A DNA stretch of 64,000 nucleotides from NCBI GenBank assembly GCA_963725865.1, contig CAVSAC010000019.1:64001-128000 (forward strand). The letters are read 5' to 3'. Positions 56,152-64,000 of the stretch are shown here, piece by piece. A program made the translations under genes and the position numbers. The notes under the pieces were generated by a model. That model was not told where the DNA came from. It ran no database searches and saw only the letters and a list, made by a program, of their open reading frames with translations. The stretch is from Candidatus Eiseniibacteriota bacterium (GTDB lineage Bacteria > Eisenbacteria > RBG-16-71-46). Numbering within the stretch: the first letter of the stretch is position 1; every line of letters begins with the position of its first letter.

Positions 56152-56474
56152 CAGGCACCCTTCTCCTGCAGGACCTGCACCACGGCGCTCTTGAGGAATT
56201 CCATCTTCACGTCGTCGGCGACCTTCAGCACGATCTTGGCGTCGTCGACGCCGACCACGGTGCCGAGCATCCCGCCCGAGGTCACCACGCGATCGCCCTT
56301 CTTCAGGGCCTTGATCATCAGCTGCATCTTCTTCTGCTGTTGCTGCTGCGGACGGATCAGCAGGAAGTACATGATGACGAAGATCAGCAGGATGGGGCCG
56401 AACTGCACCAGCATGCCAATCGTCGAGTTCCCGGCCGGCACGGCACCGGTCTGCGCCCAGGCATCACTCCACAT
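56151..56474 (-). CDS. yajC: Preprotein translocase subunit YajC
   Basis: 'YFLLIRPQ', '[13 protein letters not shown]'; follows tgt. Confidence 0.93.
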   Translation of the reverse strand: MWSDAWAQTGAVPAGNSTIGMLVQFGPILLIFVIMYFLLIRPQQQQQKKMQLMIKALKKGDRVVTSGGMLGTVVGVDDAKIVLKVADDVKMEFLKSAVVQVLQEKGA

Positions 56475-56494
56475 GGATGGATCCTCGGATTCGG

Positions 56495-57665
<1,171 letters not shown>

Positions 57666-57791
57666 CCGGGCCTCGGCCCCGCTCGAGTCGGTGCTCGCGG
57701 GCCGCAAAGTGCGTTGAACGTACGGGCGAGCACTGTACGGGGAGCCCGGTGCGCCGGTCAAGAGGCCAGCGCGACCGGGCACCCGGTCCGA

Positions 57792-58556
57792 TCAACGATA
57801 CAGCGTCTTGATCTGTCCCCAGGTGGTGCGATTCGCCGGGGGATCTGCAGGAGGCGGTAGTCGCCGATCGACGCCGACTGAGAGCCGGAAGCTGCGAAGA
57901 TCCCACCAGTCGCCGGTAGCGGATGTCGCCGACCCCGTTGGGTTGGATCAGCGTCAGGTTGACGAAACGCATCGCACGCACGCTCCGCAGCCAGCGCATG
58001 CGTCGGCGCCGGTCGTGCGCTGGCGCCGGACCGTGATCGAGTACAGGAACAGCTCGGTGCCCAGGTGCCGGCTGGGGCGCGTGCACGGCGGCGTCGAAAT
58101 CGACTGCGGACATCGTGCGGATGCGAATGCGATCGTCCTGGATCGGGCCGTTCGGGTCCCCGACTGCGGCGTCGGGCCCGATCTGGTAGGTGCTCGACTC
58201 CGATCAGGCCACCCGGGATCGAGCCGAAGTAGTCGATAGCACGAGTAGGGACCGCCGTCGAAACCGACCACGACTGCCTCCGTCGGTCGGCACCGGCCCG
58301 GCACCCACCTTCCACCACGCCGGCACGGGTTCGTGGAAGTCGACAGTGATCGTGGACTCCTCCCCGACCAGCGCGACGAGCTACCGGCGCATCCACCGAG
58401 GCCGACGACCACGAATGCCGTGCCGCTGTCGGAGGCGCACGACCAGTCCGCGTGGTCGACGCCTCCGCAGTCGGAGAGCGCGAGGTGGAGCTCGGCTCGG
58501 GCCGCGGTCGCCAGGCACAGCAGTGCGACGAGTCCACAGGAGGCGACGCGATTCAT
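57792..58556 (-). pseudogene. Multiply frameshifted secreted Cys-containing protein ending in 'TTWGQIKTLYR*'
   Basis: GAGGAG SD + MNRVASCGLVALLCLATAARA signal; coherent fragments ('PVPAWW', 'GRCRP', 'CAGC') spread over three frames; stop at 57792. Confidence 0.6.
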
Positions 58557-58821
58557 GGCGAACTCCTCGAAGCGACGCGCGGTGGCTCGCGGGACGCTTC
58601 GAGCGCTGGAGGCCGCCGGCGACCCGTTGGCCCCGCGGCCGCTGAGAGCGGGGCCACCCGCTGACGGCGACGATTGTCCACCCGCTGCCGGGCCCGGGGC
58701 AATCGGTTCCCATAGCGCGTCTCGATCCTTGACTCGCCCGCGCGCCGCTCGCAGACTGCGCCGACGGCGCACCCATCGCGCGCCAGCGCGACCGGGCGCA
58801 GTGCATACCGAGAGGTCCCCG

Positions 58822-61246
58822 ATGCCCAGCCTGGCCCTGGCGCTCCTCGTCGCCGCCGCACTCTCCTCGCCCACCGCGGCTCCCTGACGACAGTCTCCCG
58901 CCGCCCTCGCGCGTGGTGCGCCGCTTCGAGGAGATCGTGGTGCGGGCCGAACGCGAGGACCCGTTCGTCACCCACAGCGGCCGCACGCTCGACCGCACCA
59001 GCCTCATCCACCTGCCGATCGACCGCCTCGCCGACGCGCTCGCGCTGCAGACCGGCGTGGTGGCGCAGGGCGGCGCGCTCCACGTGCGCGGCGGCCGGGC
59101 CGGCGAGGCGCCGCTGACGCTCGACGGGATGCCGTTCGTGGAGCCGTTCCGCGAGGCGCTGCTGGAGCTGCCGCTCTCGTCGCTGGAGTCCGTCGAGCTG
59201 CAGACCGGCGCACTCGAGGCGCGCCATCCGGGGGCCCTCGCGGGAGTGGCGGCGGCGGAGCTGGCGGCGCCACCGCGGCGGCCGACGCTGGACGCGCAAT
59301 GGCAGAGCGTGCCGTGGTCGCGGCGCCAGCAGGATCGCCTCGCGCTGCGCGCGGGCGCGCCGCTCGCGCGCACCGGGTTTGGCGTGGCGACCGACCTCGA
59401 GGCGGGGTTCGCCGATCCGCCGTGGCGGGACCTCCGCACCGAGTCGCGCCACCGCGTGCTGGGCGCCTCGCTCGGCTGGCGCGCCGACAACCGGCTGCTC
59501 GCGCACGCGCGGCTCGGCACACTGGCGAGCCCCGGCGCGGAGGCGCCCGCGGGAACGCGCGCCTCGCTCGACGTGCTCGCGGGGCACACGCTCGAGCAGC
59601 CGTACGATCCGGCGTGGTCGCTCGACGGCTGGATGAACGACTGCCCCGATCCGCCGGACTGCCCCCAGGCGCCCGCTTTCAGCCCGACGCCCGGGCCGGG
59701 CTTCACGCGCCGCTACAAGGCGGCGGACCATCTCGCGATGACCGACGCACGGCACCTCGGCCTGCTGCTCGGCGCCTCGCGACCGCTGCGCGGCGGCCGG
59801 CTGCAGGGAGGGCTCGGCTGGCTGCGCACGCGCGAGATCGTCTCGGTCGGCGGCGGCGACGATCCGTGGTATCTGATCCCCGAGCGGTTCCCGGTGTTCG
59901 GGCAGCCGGAGACGCCGTACAACGATCCCTTCCATCTCTACGGCGGCGACGAGCCCTACTTCCGCCGCCGCATCGGCGAGAGCCTGTGGGGCCAGCTCGC
60001 GTGGGACCGCGCGCTCGCGCGCGGCCACGTGGCGGCGGGGCTCGGCGGCATGCGGCGGCACCTGGAGTTCTACGAGGCGGATCTCTCCTCGATGGGGACC
60101 AGCCTCGACTCGATCCGCACCTACCATGCCACCGCGCCGCAGTGGTTCGCGTGGGGGCAGGAGCGCTGGATGTTCGAGGGCCTGGTGCTCAATGCCGGCC
60201 TGCGCGTCCAGCGTTTCTCGGCCGGCCGCGGGACCGGCGTGCCGGCCGGCGCCGACGCGCCGGCGCCGGTGTGGTCGTTCTCGCCACGGCTCGGTCTCGC
60301 CTACCCGGTCTCGGTGCGCGACGTGTTCTCGCTCGCCTACGCGCGCATTCAGCAGGACCCGGCGCCCGACCTGCTGTACGAGAATCGCACCGCGCCCACC
60401 AACAACCACCCGCTCGGCAATCCGCGCCTGGTGCCGGCCACCGTGATCACCTACGAGGCCGCGGTGCGGCATCTGCTCGACCGGGGGTGGTCGCTGCAGG
60501 CCTCGACGTTCTTCCGCGATCTGTTCGACGTGGTGGGCTCCGCCAGCACCCGCGCGCCCGTCCTGCTGCCGCGGCTGCGCTACGAGAACATCGACGAGGC
60601 GCAGGTGACCGGCTTCGAGCTCGCGCTGCGGCACGAGTCCCCGCGCGTGCGCGGCCACCTGACCTACACGTGGATGGACGCGCGCGGCACCCTGTCGCGC
60701 GAGGAGGGCGTCCCCTACGGGCCGCTGGTCGGCCCGCGCGCGGTGACGCGCGGCCAGCATCCGCTCGACTGGGACCGCCGCCACGGCGTGGCGCTCGCGC
60801 TCGACTGGACGCCCGCGCGCGCGTGGTCGTTCGCGTGGACCACCGAGGCGGGCACCGGCCTGCCGTGGACGCCGCGCGAGCGCCGCGCGCCGGAGGCCGA
60901 CGTCTCGCGCGAGAACTCGCGCCGCCTCCGCGGCAGCGAGACCAGCGCGTTCGCGGCGCGCTGGTCGCCGCGGCAGGGCGGCGGGCGCCTCACGCTCGGT
61001 CTCGACGTGCACAACGTGTTCGACTCGCGCCACGACCTGGCGGCCACCGTCGACGGCTATCCGAACCTCATCATCAACGCGCTCTACGACGACTACGGCG
61101 CGTACCGCACCGAGACCGGCCGCGGCGGCGGCGCCTACTGGAACGACATCACCGGCGACGGGAAGCCCGGCTGGGTGCCGGTGCACGACCCGCGGCTCGT
61201 GAGCCCCGCGCGCAGCGTGCGCTTCCTGCTCGCCACGCGCTGGTGA
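58822..61246 (+). CDS. TonB-dependent receptor; single-base frameshift just after the signal peptide (~58884)
   Basis: Signal MPSLALALLVAAALSSPTAA; TonB-box-like 'EEIVVRAE'; plug 'LHVRGGR'; 'N.GLR', 'SPRLG..YP', 'GNP.L.P', 'NVFD', C-terminal W; deleting one C joins the frames. Confidence 0.8.
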
Positions 61247-61302
61247 ACGCTTCGGGCGCGCGCTCCGGGTGGAGCGCGCGCCCGCGTACGCTCGATCGAG
61301 GC

Positions 61303-61977
61303 TCAGCCTTCGACGCCGTCGTCCCCGGCGTCGTCATCCTCGTCGTCGGACCCCCAGCCCACGCCCGGTCCCATTTCCATGCCGCCCAGCCCCATGGTCC
61401 CGTGCAGCTCGCGCGCCTTCTTCTGCTGCTCGGGCGTCAGCAGTGCTCGCACCTCGATCAGCGCGCCGAGGTGGGCCTTCTGGATCGATGCCCGCAGCGC
61501 CGCGAGCTTGTCGACCTGCGCTTCGACCGCACGCGCGTCCGGCTTGTCCGCGCGCATCAGCTTGCTCAGGTCCATCGCCGCCAGCCGCAGGTCGGCCTGG
61601 GTCTGAACGTTCTTGCGCGCGACACGCTCGTGGATCGCCGTCACCTTCTCACGCTGCGCGTCGGTCAGGTCGAGCGCGTGGAGCATCGCGAGCCCGGCAC
61701 CGGGGCCGCGGCCCATGCCGGCTCCCATGCGGCCGTGACCGCGCGCGCCCATGCGGCCGCAGGCGCAGGCCGCGCCACTGCGCATGCCCTCGCCGCCCAT
61801 CCCCATGTGCGCGGCGCCCGGCGCCATGCCGTGCGCGCCCATGTTGCCGTGCATGCCCTTGCCGGCCGCCGGCGGATCAGCGGCCGCGGGCTTGCCGCCC
61901 TGCGCCCACGCTATCACCGCCACCAGCATGAGCGTCATCGCCATGATGGCGATCGTCGTCTTCCTCGTCATGGTCAT
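61303..61977 (-). CDS. Spy/CpxP/ZraP-like periplasmic protein (LTxxQ motifs, Met/Gly-rich)
   Basis: Signal peptide; 'LDLTDAQ' and 'LLTPEQ'. Confidence 0.85.
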   Translation of the reverse strand: MTMTRKTTIAIMAMTLMLVAVIAWAQGGKPAAADPPAAGKGMHGNMGAHGMAPGAAHMGMGGEGMRSGAACACGRMGARGHGRMGAGMGRGPGAGLAMLHALDLTDAQREKVTAIHERVARKNVQTQADLRLAAMDLSKLMRADKPDARAVEAQVDKLAALRASIQKAHLGALIEVRALLTPEQQKKARELHGTMGLGGMEMGPGVGWGSDDEDDDAGDDGVEG

Positions 61978-62447
61978 CGTCCCTCTCCTGGTTCCGGGGG
62001 TGCGCCCGGCCGCCTGCCCTCGTCGTCGTCATGCAGCGGGCGGCCGGAGCGCCCGTGCCAGGACTGCCGGTAGTGGGTGAGCAGCGCACGCCAGCGCGTG
62101 CGCTGCGCGTCGGTGAGTTCGCGCTCGATCGCGGCGTGGGTGCTGTCGCGCAGCGCCAGGTGCCGCTGGCGCAGATTCTCGAGCGCCGCGAGGATGCGTT
62201 CGTGCTGCTGGGGCGTCAGGTTCAGCTCGCGGTCGAGGTGCGCCAGCAGCGGTCGCGGCATCACGCGCGCACCGGGGCCCATCCCCATCGGCCCGAACTC
62301 CGGTCCTTCCATCGGTGAGCCGCCGCCCATGCGGCCGTGCAGCGGACCGCCGAAGCGCATGAACGCGATTCCGGCCACCAGGCCGATCGCCACGCCCACG
62401 ACGAGCGATGCCGCCACCGCGATCGCCAGCCCGCGCCTGCCATTCAT
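61974..62447 (-). CDS. Membrane-anchored LTxxQ (heavy-metal sensor/Spy-like) protein
   Basis: N-terminal TM; 'ELNLTPQQ', 'ELTDAQ'. Confidence 0.7.
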   Translation of the reverse strand: MNGRRGLAIAVAASLVVGVAIGLVAGIAFMRFGGPLHGRMGGGSPMEGPEFGPMGMGPGARVMPRPLLAHLDRELNLTPQQHERILAALENLRQRHLALRDSTHAAIERELTDAQRTRWRALLTHYRQSWHGRSGRPLHDDDEGRRPGAPPEPGEGR

Positions 62448-62818
62448 CGCGTGGCTCCACTGTCGTACGCCGCCGGCGCGGAGCGCGTCGGGAGCGCGGG
62501 CCCCACGCCGACCTCACTGGCGCTGCTCTGGTCGAGTTCCGCCACCAGGGCGTCCCCCAGGTCGTCCGAGGCGACGACGGTCGTGACGCGCGGCGTGGTC
62601 ACGACCAGCGCGACCGAGGCCACCACCGAGACCACCAGCAGCGACAGTGCCGCCGCCAGTGCCGCCGGGCGCATGCTCCACGCCAGCCAGCGCGGCCGTC
62701 GCTCCGCCGCCTCGATGCGCGCCCGCACGCGCGTCCACAGCGCGGGCTCGGCGTCCGCACGCACCGACGCGAGCAACCGGTCCAGCTGTTCGTCCTCGCG
62801 CCGCGTCTCGTCGGTCAT
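62444..62818 (-). CDS. Putative single-TM anti-sigma factor
   Basis: Overlaps the ECF sigma stop; 'LWTRVRARI' helix followed by a TM. Confidence 0.65.
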   Translation of the reverse strand: MTDETRREDEQLDRLLASVRADAEPALWTRVRARIEAAERRPRWLAWSMRPAALAAALSLLVVSVVASVALVVTTPRVTTVVASDDLGDALVAELDQSSASEVGVGPALPTRSAPAAYDSGATR

Positions 62819-63393
62819 GGTCTGCCTCCGCCTTCCGATCCCGCGCGCAGCACGCTCTTGAGCGTCTCGCGCGCACGGTACAGTCGTGACTTCACCGATG
62901 CGACGGTCGTGCCCATCGCCTCGGACACCTCCTCGTACGACAATCCCAGCCGGTCGCGCAGCACCACCGCCTCGCGCTGCTCCGCGGGCAGCTCGGCGAT
63001 CGCGCGTTCGAGCGCGGCCACCAGCCGCGGCGTGTCGATCGCCTCGTCCCACCCCGCCACCGGATCGACCCGCAGGCCCGCGTGGGCGATCGGGTCGTGA
63101 TCCTCCGGCGGTCCGCCCGCGAACCGCCGCCGGCGCAGCAGGTCGCGGCTGCGATTGGCGACGATCCTCAGCACCCAGGTCCTGAGTCCCCGCTCGCCCC
63201 GGAATCCCGGTGCCGCGTCGCGGATGCGCAGGAGCGCGTCCTCCACCACGTCGGCGGCCTCGTCCGGATCGCGCAGGAGACTGCGCGCGAGCGTGGTCAT
63301 CGCGCTTCCGTACACGCGATACACCTCACCGAGCGCCTCCAGATCGCGGGCGCGCAGCCGGTCGATGAGCTCACGTTCGGTCGTCGGTCCCAG
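62815..63393 (-). CDS. ECF RNA polymerase sigma factor (probable CTG start at 63393)
   Basis: 'A.DVV...', 'F.G...LRTW..RI..N', 'LP.EQR...LR...GLSYEE.....G....VKSRL.RAR'; the frame extends upstream through 'ELIDRLRARDLEAL' to a CTG with GGAGG SD. Confidence 0.88.
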   Translation of the reverse strand: MGPTTERELIDRLRARDLEALGEVYRVYGSAMTTLARSLLRDPDEAADVVEDALLRIRDAAPGFRGERGLRTWVLRIVANRSRDLLRRRRFAGGPPEDHDPIAHAGLRVDPVAGWDEAIDTPRLVAALERAIAELPAEQREAVVLRDRLGLSYEEVSEAMGTTVASVKSRLYRARETLKSVLRAGSEGGGRP

Positions 63394-63419
63394 TCGCCCC
63401 TCCGCGCATCCAGTGGATG

Positions 63420-63444
63420 GACGTCCGAGCCGGGTCGAAGTTGC
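63420..63444 (-). promoter_or_regulatory. Putative autoregulatory ECF promoter
   Basis: Minus strand GCAAC-N16-CGTC, 26 nt upstream of the sigma gene start. Confidence 0.5.
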
Positions 63445-63455
63445 GGCCCGCGGGC

Positions 63456-63485
63456 TTGACCCTGCTCCGGCCCGGTCCCTACAGT
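63456..63485 (+). promoter_or_regulatory. Sigma70-like promoter of acpS-accC
   Basis: TTGACC-N18-TACAGT. Confidence 0.45.
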
Positions 63486-63524
63486 CGCGGCCTGCAAGGT
63501 ACCCCAGGCGATGCGGGAGGCGCG

Positions 63525-63905
63525 GTGCCGGTGTGCGGGATCGGTGTGGACATCTGCAGGGTGGAACGGCTGGCCGCCTCGCTCGGCCGCTTTGGCGAGC
63601 GCATGGAGAAGCGCCTGTTCACGCCCGCCGAGCTGGCGTACGCCCGCGGGCACGTGGACCCGATCCCGCACCTGGCGGCGCGGTTCGCGGCCAAGGAGGC
63701 GGCGTCCAAGGCGCTCGGCACCGGCATGGCGGGCGGGGTGGGCTGGACCCAGATCGAGGTGGTGCAGCCCGGCGGACAGCGCCCGACGCTGGTGTTCACC
63801 GGCGTGGCGCTTGCGCGGCTCGGTGACCTCGGCGCGACGCGCTCGCATCTCAGCCTCTCGCATGACGGCGGCCTGGCGGTGGCGTGCGTGGTGATCGAGC
63901 GCTGA
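63525..63905 (+). CDS. acpS: Holo-ACP synthase
   Basis: 'GIGVDI', 'FT..E', 'LAARFAAKEA.SKALGTG', 'HLSLSHD'. Confidence 0.95.
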   Translation: MPVCGIGVDICRVERLAASLGRFGERMEKRLFTPAELAYARGHVDPIPHLAARFAAKEAASKALGTGMAGGVGWTQIEVVQPGGQRPTLVFTGVALARLGDLGATRSHLSLSHDGGLAVACVVIER

Positions 63906-63906
63906 C

Positions 63907-64000
63907 GTGAAGCCGATCCGGCGGGTGCTGATCGCGAACCGCGGCGAGATCGCCGTGCGCGTCATCCGCACGCTGCGCGAGCGTGACGTCACCTCGATCG
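63907..64000 (+). CDS. accC: Biotin carboxylase, N-terminal fragment (runs off the window)
   Basis: 'IRRVLIANRGEIAVRVIRTLRE'. Confidence 0.85.
   Translation, partial: MKPIRRVLIANRGEIAVRVIRTLRERDVTSI

Noticed and set aside
58885..58887. TGA after the TonB receptor signal peptide as a second selenocysteine
   Set aside because: The downstream coding sequence is in another frame, with no Cys-like context or SECIS; a one-base indel explains it

Overview
Very GC-rich bacterial chromosomal segment with about 55 protein genes. I found no tRNA, rRNA, CRISPR array or transposase. Most genes are housekeeping: ctpA, nagZ, cbs/cgl, copA, lptD, folC, accD, tsaE, a tsaB-rimI fusion, serS, rpsP, ffh, rpe, rsmB, fmt, def, yajC, tgt, acpS and partial accC. 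These are interspersed with exported proteins, five of which end in a FlgD-Ig/T9SS-CTD-like tail and one in a 'TWGQIKTLYR' tail. This repertoire, plus a porX-tsaE linkage, suggests an FCB-group lineage such as Candidatus Eisenbacteria (inference). The main signal missed by the ORF track is a probable selenoprotein at 22296-23750 (-). It has a signal peptide, an in-frame TGA in a C-G-U motif, a SECIS-like hairpin 17 nt downstream, a catalytically degenerate UshA/5'-nucleotidase-like domain and a C-terminal tetraheme cytochrome c, and it lies directly upstream of the cystathionine beta-synthase/gamma-lyase genes. Other points of interest are a Cyc2-like monoheme cytochrome-porin fusion, two unannotated small genes next to copA, a MITE-like inverted repeat, an RsmB with a ~365-aa disordered N-terminus, an atypical TGT pocket and a pair of shared ECF-type promoters. 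Several single-base frameshifts (lptD, porX, tgt, TonB receptor) look like sequencing/assembly errors. All calls come from reading motifs by eye; no searches were run.
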